DNA of 64,000 nucleotides from the human T2T-CHM13v2.0 reference genome, Homo sapiens: NCBI RefSeq assembly GCF_009914755.1, contig NC_060927.1. The stretch is one strand, 5' to 3'. How positions within the stretch are numbered: position 1 is the stretch's first letter; every line of letters starts with the position of its first letter. Positions 45,475-57,924 of the stretch are shown in pieces. The notes below the pieces were generated by a model. The model was not told the origin of the DNA. It saw nothing but the letters and a program-made list of their open reading frames with translations, and searched no databases. Both the position numbers and the translations under genes were made by a program.

Positions 45475-46199
45475 CATATGTCTACACTTTGAAGACATTT
45501 TTATTTTACCAATAATCTTTAAAGCTGTTTTTATTTCTCAAAGATTAAAGTCATGTGAACAAAAAGGCATTACAGCTTTATTTTTCTTTAAAAATATTTT
45601 ATGCAAATGCTTATTTTTTCCTTAAACCAGTCAATTAAAGCTCTTTTTTTTTATATAAGCACCACACATAGAACACATACATAACTACAGAGAAAGAAGA
45701 TCCAGTAGTTGTTAGATTTTCATTTGCCCATCTAATTTTATTTACTGGCCTCAGGGTGGAGCCCTTTAAGAAACAGGGCTATGAAACCATGCAGTATCTA
45801 GGGCCTAATAAGCAGGCATAGTTGGAAGACAAAAACAGATTTTGAGATCTATCTGCCTCTAATTCCTGGGGTTCCATGAGAAAAACAGGTTTTTGTTTGT
45901 TTGTTTGTTTTTGTTTTTTTCTTTTTTTACAAAAATGGGGTCAGTGGCATCTCTTCTGTTCTTCCCAAGGAGTTCCAAACCATCAAAAGTTGTCTTAGGG
46001 CCTCTTATGTGTGCATTAGGAGTGGCAAGATGAAATGGAGAAAAATAATTAAGTTGGCTAAAAAGGAAAAAAAAATCCTTTTTCCAGAAAAACTAGATCC
46101 ATTGAGAGAAAAGACATAAAGGTCTTTTATATATGCCTGATATGCCTGTAGCTTGGATATCCACTTTTAGTTAAGCTGACTTTTAACCATATAAATCCT

Positions 46200-46491
46200 T
46201 TTTATTTATTTATTTGAGATGGAGTCCTTTTCTGTTGCCCAGGCTGTAGTGCAGTGGCATGATCTCAGCTCATTACAACCTCCGCCTTCCAAGTTTAAGC
46301 AGTTCTCTGCCTCAGCCTCCTGAGTAGCTAAGATTACAAGCACCCACCACCATGCTCAACTAATTTTTGTATTTTTAGTAAAGATGGGGTTTCACCATCT
46401 TGGCCAGGCTGCTCTTGAACTGACGTCGTGATCCACCCACCTTGTCCTCCCAAAGTGCTGGAATTATAGGCGTGAGCCACCGCACCCGGCC
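46200..46491 (-). mobile_element. AluS-family SINE
   Basis: Full dimer; TSD aaatccttttt. Confidence 0.93.
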
Positions 46492-46664
46492 AGAAATCCT
46501 TTTTTAAAAAGTCCTCTTAAATGTCTTATTAACCAGCCTTAGCCATGCCAAATGGCCAATATGGCTGGCTTTTGAGCCTTAACAAAATTAACCTCACAGG
46601 TAAAACTGATAAGCCTTACTGTAAAAGTTGTCCCTCTTCAAGAGATTGCTCAGTTAGATTTGTA

Positions 46665-46996
46665 ATATCTTCTCAGTTTGGGGAATGCATCTGAGGGGAG
46701 TGTCCTGTGGTGTAGAGATGCAATTACCCATCCTCAAAGAGAAGACAGAAGAGGAAAAAAGGAAGAAAAAACCTTTTTTTTTTTCTTTTTCCAGAGTCTG
46801 AGGGTCAAAGGAGTTCCAGAGATTCAGGATGCACTTGAGAAGAGTGCAGGCTAAAGATGATTGGTTCCCCTTCTGGAAAAGAGGACAGAGGGGGAAAAGG
46901 CATTCTTTCCTCTCTCCAGAGTCTGAGGGTCAAGGGGGTCCCAGGGATTCAGGAAGCACTCGAAAAGAGTGCAGGCTGAAATGGTTGATTACCCAT
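46665..46996 (-). pseudogene. ERV gag matrix N-terminus remnants (three tandem starts)
   Basis: Manual translation: MGNQP/fs/SACTLFECFLNPWDPLDPQTLE from 46996; KGNQSSLACTLLKCILNLWNSFDPQTLEK from 46872; MGNCISTPQDTPLRCIP from 46731. Confidence 0.75.
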
Positions 46997-47851
46997 CTGG
47001 AAAGAGGGGGGAAATGGTTTCCATTTGTTCCTTTCTCTTTCAAGCCAATACACAGGGTACATGAGGGAGAGAAAAAAAAAGACATCACCTTCTTTATTTT
47101 GACCTTATATCCCTAAGTCCCGCCAACCTTTGCACATGCCACTTTCACCCATGTAGCAGGGAGGCCTAGTGGATAAGAATATTTGCACTTACCTTTATGC
47201 TGCCCTATTCTCCCATTGTCAGTCACCTTTGAGTTCCCTAGACCTTATCTATGCCATGGATGCAACATGACCTCCATCCAGAAGTGGAAGGCCCTAATGG
47301 TAGGAATTAGTCATGCTCACCTGCACTGTGCCTCCTGACTTGCACTTTCATCTACCTCTGGATACCTCAGGTTTAGCTTTCCCTTTGTACGGACTCATTA
47401 AATTAAGTCCCAGGTAGCCCTTACCAAATTGCAGCCACTAATTGGTGGGGCAGCCGGGGCCACTCTTTCATTTCTTCCCTATCATAAGCAGAATGCTAAA
47501 GTAAAACTGTGAAACGAGGTCCCCTTCAAACCAAGGAAAGAAAGGGAGTCCTGGGAATTTAGGACTGGGCCTAATAAGATGTCTCTCAAAAGGAAAAAAA
47601 AAAAAATCTCTTGCGTAGAAAAGCTCCCCCAATGCACTATGTTGACTGCTTACATGGTGGAGGAAAAAGAAAAAAAAAAGAAAAAAGAAAAAACTGAAGT
47701 GCAGGGAAGGGGAAGGTGCCCAGGGGAAAGCCTCTTTCCCTATGGAAATGGCTTCCTTCAACAGGGGAAAGAAAAGTCTCAGTTGTTACATTCTCCTTGC
47801 TTCTAACAATAGACAGATACCACATTACATTGTTCTGATTTACATTCCTGA

Positions 47852-48212
<361 letters not shown>

Positions 48213-48297
48213 CCAAGTGCTTATTCTAGCCAGTAATATTTTCTCTGAGGTACCCTTAACATTGTATATAAAAAAGAGAATAGTAGCCATTATAGTC

Positions 48298-48405
48298 AGA
48301 GAAGAAAGAAAGGAAAGGAAAGGAAAGGAAAGAAAGAAAGGCAGGCAGGAAGGAAGGAAGGAAGGGAGAGAAAGAAAGAGAGAGAGAAAGAAAGAGAGAA
48401 TGAGA
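48298..48405. repeat. GA-rich purine tract
   Basis: (ggaaa)n/(gaaa)n/(ggaa)n mix in the proviral leader. Confidence 0.9.
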
Positions 48406-48818
48406 CAAAAAGTGTGATAGGAAAGACTGAGGGCCCTAGTGCTGACACCCTAATGGGCAGTTGGGGATGGGAGTTAGTCCAGGGGCCTTTGGATAACACT
48501 AAGGTGTAGCCTCAGTCAGATATCTGCAGTTGCCCCAGGACCTCCTTCCAGTCTCAAGTGACAGCTAAATTTTTGTGAAGGGAAACCGGATTGGCAAAAG
48601 GCCAACATTCCCAAGACCCAAGAGTGACAAGTGATTGACAGTGTACCCCCAGCAAGCCTGTCCTCTGTGTCTTAAGTCCAGCAACCACACTTGTTGCTTT
48701 TAGTTGGCTGAACAGAGGCCCATGTTTTTCTTTCATTCTGGCTAGTGTGTAGTTTATGGACTCCAGAAAAAAAAAAGGATGGAAAGCAGCAAGTCCTCTT
48801 TTACTCACTCTCCTGAAG

Positions 48819-48838
48819 ATCCCAGAAAAGCACCTCCA
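48819..48838 (-). other. Degenerate tRNA-Pro primer-binding site
   Basis: Minus strand tggaggtgcttttctgggat, 4 nt after the 5' LTR, versus PBS-Pro tgggggctcgtccgggat. Confidence 0.6.
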
Positions 48839-48842
48839 AAAA

Positions 48843-50442
48843 TGTCAGGGGATCCTTGGGGTGTCACTTTGCCAACAAGAAACCTTGGTAGCCAGTGGTG
48901 CCTTCTGCTTGAGTGTTGCTCAGGCCCTCTGGGCTTGTTCCACCCACTTGGCCCAGTAGGCTGCACTCAGTTTACGCTACCGGACCGGATCCCTTGCCTG
49001 CCAAGGGTGAGCCAGGAGTGAAGCAGTTAGGGATATGTGAGCAAGGGTGGGGTCTGGTCACTGCACATAGCCAGGCATGCTGGCTGTAGCAGGGCAGGCA
49101 GCTCCAGGCCCCTGCTCCATGCAAGCCTGTGGCTGGACCACGAGTACCACAATTGGCTTCCACTTCTAGCACCGGGAAACACAGTGGTACCCAGAAGCTT
49201 GGAAATGCCAGGAACCACAGAGCCTCAAAGAGGGTGTTGCAGCCCTGGCTAGGGAAGCCCCTAGGTCTAGGATCCCCAAAAGCTGCAGTTCTTCTCTCCT
49301 TCTTGACACCTGTAACATGGTGAGGTGGGGCATGTTTCAGCCCCGTTTGTGTTACAGCTCTTTCAGTCCTGCTATTCAGCAAGTCCCAAATTCTTGTCCC
49401 GTGTCCAGGAAGAATGAGGTCTGTGAACAACTGGAGGGGAAGCAAGGCAGTAGAGGAGCTTCATTGAGCAACAAAACAGCTCTTAGGATACCTGAAGTAG
49501 CTGACTCCTTTCCATAGGCAGGTCGTCCAGATAAGTGTCCAGTTCTCAGCAGAGAGGAGACTTGTAGTGAGTAGCTCCTTTCCTTAGGCAGGTCATCCTA
49601 ACGAGTGTCCAGTTCTCAGCAGAGAGAAGACCTGCTGCAGTTGATAGCTCCTTCCCACAGCTGGTAGTCCTAACGTCTCTGTGAGTGTAGCTGATTCCAG
49701 GGTTTTTATGGGCTTCAGAAGGGAGGAAGTGCATGCTGATTAGTCCATGGGTGGCCATGGGCAAGCCTGGAAAAAGCACCGTAAGTTCTCACTCTGAGCC
49801 ATGGACTCCACCTGGAACTGACAGCCTGGACCCCAGATTTCAAGCCATCCCTGGCTTGAAGGTCTGGCTTTACCGGGGACCTGCCCCTTTTCTTGTCTGC
49901 CTCCTGTCATCATTAATCATGTTGTCCAGGCACCCAGGCTGTTTGTGCTGAGGGGTGCATTCAGGCCTACACTGAGCTTCCCTCAGGGCCCCCTTGGCCT
50001 TCCTCCCATGTTCATTGGTGATCAAAGTCCAGAGGGGGCTGAGGTGGGAGGGGGCTGGCATTTCAGCACTGCCCCAAGTGCAAGCACACCTTGCCAGGTT
50101 GCAACAGCACCCAAGCTTGGCCTCAACTTGGCTCCGAAATCAGAGTAGGCACTGGGGGTGGGGAGAGGCCAGGCGTGGGGAGCAGGCACTTCCAAGCCCG
50201 TGAGTGAAGGGGGCTTCACAGTCTTCAAGAGCCCAAGGATGTCCAGGTCCACCGGGGCGACTGGGCAGCTGCAGCTGCACCCGGGAGGGAAGGGCTCCTG
50301 CCCCACCAACTAGGAAGGGAGCAGAGATTCCACCTGTTTCTGACTCCTGCCAGATCCATGGAGCATGCTGCCAGCTGTGCCTCCCCTGCTGCAGCCGGCA
50401 TCTTTGCAGCAGTTGATCCAGGTGGGCTGCTGCTGCCAGTCA
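48843..50442 (-). mobile_element. MER52-type ERV1 5' LTR
   Basis: Homologous and co-oriented with 41280-42797; tg...ca termini. Confidence 0.85.
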
Positions 50443-50799
50443 ATTACACTTTTGGATAAATCCTCAATGTAGGCTCCTCCCAGTAAATTATATTCACCAT
50501 GTAAGACTTCCGTGATTTTACTTACCATTAACTTCACTTTCATGCATTAATTGATTCATTTGGTCAACAAAATATTATTGACATCTAACAAATGAAGCTG
50601 TGCTGTATGCTGCATATACAGATATTGCTGATAAAGAGTTAAGTGAAGGAAGTACTTACAGGTTACTAAGGACTGAAGGTGGTGTTTTTCAAAAAAAATC
50701 TCAAACCAAAAGCAAAATTAGTAAAGAAGTAATATGCTATAATCCCAGAAGATGGATGTAGAAAGAAGAAATCTGAGTGGAATAAAGGACCTTCTACCA

Positions 50800-51620
50800 C
50801 CAATATCAGTCAATCCAATAATCAGCAAATATTCTTTTAAGAACTTTCTGTTTTCAAGACTCAATATATAAAACTATCTCTGTTTTTGTGGAACTTACAG
50901 CTCTTTAACGGTTGAGGCAGACATGAATAAAATAATCACAAACATAACATTACAGCAGAGTAAGATCTGTGAAAATAAGTCTCACAGTGTCATGAGATAA
51001 GGGAAAGACATACTAGGATCAGGGAAGATTTCCTGAAGAAATTAAACTTTGATACAAAGAAATAGAAAATAAACAGATAAATGAAGAGAAAATGAATCTA
51101 AGACAGAGGAAGGAACATTTAAAAGGTCCAGTGGTAAAGGCTGAAGTTAACTTGTGTGACTGAAAGAAGACCAGTGTGGTAGAACATATAAACTAATAGT
51201 AATATAGAATAATGCCGGATTTTATTAAATTCTTTTATTAAAAACTTAAGCATTTTAAGTAAGGATCTTGGGCTAATTAGAATTTTTTTTAACCAATTGC
51301 CATGGTAGAAATGGACAAGAGTTGATAAAGAGGGACAAGTTAGTAGATGTGCCCTGCCGTTGCCCCCATAGATGATTGACATTGCTTGCTCTAGGGAGGA
51401 GAATGTGGAATTAAAGAGGGTGGATCCTAGAGATCTGTAAAAGGTAGTATCACAAGAATTTGCTGATGGATATGGAAGATGAGAGAATATGATGTGTTAA
51501 AAATGATATATAGTATTCTATTTTGAGAAAGTGGATATAAGCTAATGTTATTTAGAGCTAAGTACCAATTAAAAAGAATCAGGATTGCTTGAAGCGTGTA
51601 GGAGTTTCATTTTGGATATG
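50800..51620. mobile_element. L2 fragments
   Basis: atctctgtttttgtggaacttacag...ggatcagggaagatttcctgaagaa...ggagtttcattttggatatg. Confidence 0.6.
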
Positions 51621-52039
51621 TATGGTAAAAGTGATATTCCTTGAATTATGAAACATTTCTTACTCCTGGGGTGAAAGTGGTAGTAGTACTCAAGTAAGAG
51701 ACAACAGGAAATTGGTAGTAGCTTGGAATAGACGATAAATGCCTATTTCTTAACAAGGAGGGGTTTTACCGGAGATAAGTTGAAGGATGGTGGCAAGCAT
51801 TTCACAAAGTAATATTTGGGAATGTTGGATTTATGTAGCAAGAAGCATAGTGGTATAGAGTTTTATATTTTCTGGTGCAATAGCATGAATTTGGAAGTGT
51901 AAAAGAAATATGAACGGTTGAGACCGCTAAAAAAATCAGGATTTTTTTATCTGAATGTGGAATACTTGGTCTGTGTTTCAACTGTGAAAGATAGTAGGGC
52001 AATGTTAAGGTCTAAGATTTGGCTATGAATGTAAATAGG

Positions 52040-52235
52040 CTGCATCTATTATTTTACACTGGTTCTGTCTTTATCTAGCTTTATGACTTTACACAAGTGA
52101 CAAATTCTTAGCACTATATTTTCTGCTTGTAAAATGGCGATAACAACAATAGCTGTCTTAACAAACGTGTGAATTTTAAATTAATTGTTATGTAAAGTGG
52201 GTAGCAAACTGCCAGGAACAGTGATTTCTCCATAA
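52040..52235 (+). mobile_element. MIR SINE
   Basis: ctagctttatgactttacacaagtgac...gcttgtaaaatggcgataacaacaatag. Confidence 0.65.
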
Positions 52236-52546
52236 TGCTGTTTTTATTATGTACAATACAATTATTATATATAAAACTTTTTATCCCTAGCACTTAGCAG
52301 AATAAACTACTAAAATCATTTATAATAGATATTTATTTTGTAGATCTTTTTGGGGAGATTAGAAAATTTTAATACTGTACTATTACCAGCCATTTCTCAA
52401 TTGGACTAGAGTTCTAATAATTATAAACTTAAAAATGATCATCTACTTGTCAGAATCATTTATTTAGGATATTTATATATGTACACACTATAGTCTCCTC
52501 ACACTGCAATTTATTCTCATTTTTATTGTAATTCTTATTAAAAGTT

Positions 52547-53612
52547 AAAATGAAAAAATAATTCCTTTAGTAGTTTATTTAGGTTATCATTTTAAGACAC
52601 TGCTTGCAGTCACCTGTGGGATATACACTGACATTTACACTCAGATTAGTATCCCACCTAAAACAATGCATTTATAGTTTCTAATACAGCAAATCTGGTG
52701 AAGGCTCACTTGACATTTTTAGTACTAAACACTTCTCTTGTGAGAGCACAAGTAAGCTGACACTGAGTAGCCTCTCAACATATGAACAGGGTGTTCTATA
52801 ATTCAAATAGAAAGAATACATATCATGGTACATAACTTACCAAATCTAAATTATCTGCCACATATATTGTCTCATTTAATCATCACAAGAAACCTGTATG
52901 CTTGGCATTAAGTCAAAGAAACAAATAGATATAAGGCATTTCTCGAGTATCATGTGGCTCCATATAGTGGGCACGGCATTCGTATCTAGCTGTCTAATCT
53001 GGTTTCAACATTTGACGTAATGGTCTCTAGATTTGACTTTATTTTTAAGAATTTGAACTGTCTTTGGTGGAGATTAGGTGTAATGCATTCAAGAGAAAAT
53101 TTGTTTCAATTTATGAAAAAATCTCCAAGTAGCATTCAAATAACATCATATGTTCTTCAAGAAAATGAATGTTCTGTATTGGAAACACAAAGAATACATA
53201 TCCTTAGACTTCAGAGTTAGTGCAGTAGAAATTAGAGAAGTTGAAAATGATATTTTTAGAAGTGCACTTGTGACAGATCAGGATTCCTCAAGACTAGAAA
53301 GTGGATGTCATAACACACTTATTGGAAAGACATTAAGTGATGACAAGTATGAGAACAGAAAATTGGTTAAGTTAACATAAATTAAGGAGGAAATTATATT
53401 AAAAACCCCAAGTACAGAGGATAAATGCTTACACAGACATGTCCCATGCAAAATGAAAAAAATAATTCCTTTAGTAGTTTACTTTGGTTACCATTTTAAG
53501 ACACTACTTGCAGTCACCTGTGGGATATACACTGACATTTACACTCAGATTAGTATCCCACCTAAAACTATGCATTTATAGATTCTAATATAGCAAATCT
53601 GGTGAAGGCTCA
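52547..53612 (+). repeat. 162-bp direct duplication (52547-52708 and 53450-53612)
   Basis: aaaatgaaaaaataattcctttagtagttta...gcaaatctggtgaaggctca occurs twice, about 95% identical. Confidence 0.97.
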
Positions 53613-53940
53613 AAATAAGGAAGCATATTTAGATAAGAGTAATGACCTTTAAATGAAATATATTACTATGACTGTATGTGGTTGTCTCATAACAATGGTT
53701 GTTCAGTTACCTAGTAGGTAAGGATTAGTTATATAGTCTATCATTGTTACATCATCAACCACCCAAAACTCATTATCTTAGCAAACAAATTATTTATTCA
53801 CATGAAATCTGTGGATTCCCAGAGAGTCTACTTATACAGGCTATGCTTGGATAGTGGTTCTGCTTCAAGTTGTGGGTCTGGTTGGGCTTAACTGGAACGG
53901 GTCTACTTTAGGTCATTCTGTGGAGGTAGTAGCTATCTAG

Positions 53941-54446
53941 TCATGATGGTTAATTTTATGTGTCAACCACTTCTGGGCCATGGGATGCACAATTATTTGG
54001 TCAAACATTGTGAGTGTGTCTGTGAGGGTATTTTTGGAGAACATTAACATTTAAATGCATAAACCAATTACAGTGGAGTACCCTCCTTAACATGTGTGGG
54101 TCTCATCCAATTAGTTGAAGGCCTGATTAGAACATGAAGGCTGATTCTCTCACAAGTAAGAGGGAACTCCTCTTGCCTGCCCGCCTTGAGCTGACAATTG
54201 TCTTTTTCTACCATTGAACTAAAATGGAAACATTGATTCTTCTTTGGTCTCGGGCCTGCTGGCTTTCAGACTGGAAAGACATGATCAACTCTCCTGGATC
54301 TCCAGCTTGCCAACTGCAGATCTTGGGAATTCTCACCCTCCATAACCATGTAAGCCAATTCCTTATAATAAATCTCTATTTCTCACTTTGTCTTTCTCTT
54401 TTTCTGTTTCTCTATTCATCTCTCTCTCTCTCTCCACACATGCACA

Positions 54447-54485
<39 letters not shown>

Positions 54486-54546
54486 GGACAGGGAGAGAGA
54501 GAGAGAGAGACTCTTTAGTTTCTGTTTCTCTGGAGAACCCAGAATC
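53941..54546 (+). mobile_element. MLT2 (HERV-L) solo LTR nested in an MLT1 LTR (~53700-53940 and ~54547-54770)
   Basis: tgatggttaattttatgtgtcaac...gtttctgtttctctggagaaccc; internal (CT)(CA)(GA) microsatellite at 54420-54510. Confidence 0.85.
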
Positions 54547-55139
54547 GCTTCTCAAGATGATGGTAGGAAGATAAGAAAGAATAAAAGAAACATATGAGTT
54601 TTATTAAGCCATAAGCACACTGTTACTTCCATCTGCATTGAATTCACCAGAACAATCACATGTTCAAGTCCAAAGTCAAGGGACAAGGAAAGACATGATA
54701 AGTATTATATGGCCAAGGCAAGGGTGAAGATTTGAGGTAATTTATTTATTATCACGATAGAGCAAACATTTTTCTATGAATATTCTCATGAGCTTTGATT
54801 TAATGTTTTTTTTTTAATTAGCTTCTTTGTTAATCAAGGCGATAAACCTGTGGAATATGCTTTCTTTATATAAAATGTAAGGATCAGAAGCACAATTTAG
54901 AAAATCACACTGTAAAAGTCATTTATCTTCAAAATTTAGAATTCACTCTTAAAATCGCATTGATAAAAACATTACTGCAAAATTAAGAGACAGTAGATGC
55001 ATTGGAGAAGTAGAACACCTTAAACTTGGGTTTTAGTTTTAGAAGATATTGTCAACATGCCATTTGACTATAGCTACTGGTAGTATTTTCAGATTCTAGT
55101 TAAACCTGGAAAATAAAATTTTTCATTGGCCTTCAATTA

Positions 55140-55560
55140 AATCTCAAAACATACATGAAAAACACTTAAATATGAAAGATATAGACAATGAATGAGATAT
55201 AAAAATTTCAAAAGTTTTATTTATACTGTCAAAGAAAGTAAAAACACGGCATGCAAAAGCAAGGATTAGACTATCAGAAAAAATGGGTATTTAGAGAACA
55301 AGAATGAGATTTTAGGAGCTTAAATTATTATGGCAGAAATATAAAATTCAATGTAAGACTTGAAAAATAATTTGAGCAAAGCTTCTGGAAAATGGCAAAT
55401 CAACAACAACAAAAAGAGATGGAAAACAGAAACTTAGAACATTTAAAGCATTGACCCAGGAAATCCAATATAATCTACCAAGATTTCCCGAAGGGAAGAG
55501 CCTAGAAAACAGAAAGAAAGCCATTATTAAATGATTAACATTTAATACAAGAATATTTCT
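55140..55560 (+). mobile_element. Old L1M ORF1-region fragment
   Basis: gagctttaaattattatggcagaaatataaaattcaatgtaagacttgaaaaataa...ccaggaaatccaatataatcta. Confidence 0.5.
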
Positions 55561-57924
55561 GCCTCTTTTCCCTAAAATTTTATTTTGGCCTTGTGAGACA
55601 CTGGGCAGGGAACTCATCCATGCCATGGCAGCCTTCTCACTTACCAAAACTGTGAGTTAATAAATGGCTGCTGCTTAAAGCTGCTAAATTCATAGTAACT
55701 TGTTTATAGAAATAGAAAAGTAATACACTATCTAAATTAATGCTTATAATTATTGTAGTTTTGTTCTGAGACAACACTTAAATGTTAAGAACTTTTAATC
55801 ACATAAAATATAATTTATATTTAAATAAATTCAATGATATGTTTAATTAAGGAGTTGTAATAATGACACCATATTTACTTTTAAATGAAAGCATAATCAA
55901 CGCATGAGCAGTTTGAAAATTTGCCTGTGTTTAAAGAGGTTTTGTGTAATAATAGAAAAAGCACTAAAATAGTCACAACACTGACTTCAAGTCCTATGCT
56001 AGTTATGGAAGGCAGAGCAAATCGATTTTCTTCTGCATGCTGTATTTCTCATGTTTAAAGTGGGATTTATACTACTTCTCTTTCTCTCATATAGTATTGT
56101 GAAATTCTAATGCAATAATGTATACAAATGCACTTTGTAAAGTATAAAACAGTATGTAAAAGTGAGTTATGATTCTTACTAGACTATTGCTAAGAGAAAT
56201 ATTGTTTATGTTTTGTTAATTCAGAATTGTTTTCATAATTTTACAGTAATTAGGTTTCATAATCTAATATAGCTTTCTCAAAAAGATAAGTGTATTAGTG
56301 AATGGATAGAGGAATAGATAGTTAAAGATATATTTATTTACCATAGAAATAATTCTGTTCTAGGAAAGGTTTTAAAAATATTTAGAAAACTTCTCTTTCT
56401 GCATAAATGATATTACAGAGTTAATATCAATGCAAACACCTCAACTCATTAAAAACCACGATGTAATTTATATACATTTTAAAAGCAAAGTTGCTCAACC
56501 AGCAAATTCAAAGTGACAAGGCTCTTTATATCATATATGTGGCATTATTAATTTTAGCATCTCCAATAGATGCTAAAAATAGTATGTCATTAAGTCATAG
56601 TTATCCGCAGAGTTTGCTGAGGTCTAACTACTCACAAGTCTAAACTTACAAGGAAAAGATGAAGGTATTAAAAAGCTCATTAATATAAATAATAGAGTGA
56701 ACAAAATAGATGTTGCTTTAGGCAGTACAATTATTGGTCAATAACTTCTTATTAGCTGTCTGTGTTATCACTGCTTTATTTTAACATTTGCTTCTTATCC
56801 TTTGATCTAGTAATTCCCCTTTTACATCCTGGGCCCTTTTTTTAATTTCTGGCAAGCAAACTGACCTCGTAAGATTCAACCCAATCAATCTACACTTAAG
56901 AAATTTTACTAAATACTTATGTATTAATATTGAAATCCTTTGTTGTAATAATACTAGTGGCAACAATCATGGCTAACACTATTGTGTGCTTAGTCTTTGA
57001 AGTGCTATTCTAAACATTTAAATGTTTTGACACACTTAATTCTTATGTAATAATTGTAAAAGGTGCATGTAATTATCATTCTCATTTTAATAAGGAGAAA
57101 AGTTGGGTAAAACGAGTTAGATGACATGCTGTAGGATTAAAGAGATGGAAAATTTGGAAAGTAAATTTAACTTAAACTAGGCCCCTCAATTTAACCTACA
57201 TTTTTTTATTCAGAAAATACTGAGCAGTTACTAGATTCCACATACTCTGCTGGTATTAAGGACAAAAAGAGACCTGAATCATACCCTTAATGGGTCAGTA
57301 TAGTAGAGACAACTCTGGAAATAAAATATAGCAATAATTACAGAAAGTAAGCTATACCCATAGACCAGAAGAAATATTTAAAAGTTATTATATTTATTTA
57401 TATCTCAAAATTACTACCCTGAAATTGAAACACATAGATAACTAAGTAGAGAAAAAGGAGTTAAAGTTACTAAGAGCAATTAAGCAAAACATGGGCTTAA
57501 AGACAGGAACATTTTGGAAGAAATTTGAGTGATGTAAGTTTTCCTATCATTCTGGTACCTGACTGAATTTACTTATTTTCAAATATAATTTTTGTTGAAA
57601 TATTTGTACTTCTACATAAAAGAGAAATTTAGAAAATGTAAATTTCACTTAGAAAATTGGTTTGAATAAGAGATCTAACATTTTAGTGTTTCTGAAAATG
57701 AGGAGTTGCTATGAAAATTATTTGGCATATATAACTATGCCAATTATTTTATCACTAACAAAAACATATAAACAAATCATCTACTAACAAAAACATATAA
57801 CCTCTACAAAGTCCAAATATTTATTTAAAATAATTTAATCAATAGCAGCTATTCAGTAAAAAAAATGTAAAAATATAGATATAATTCAAAGTAAAAGAAA
57901 AAATGACAACTCTATTAGTGATGC

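Noticed and set aside
57754-57800. 18-bp direct repeat actaacaaaaacatataa (period 29)
   Set aside because: An A-rich micro-duplication consistent with ordinary slippage.
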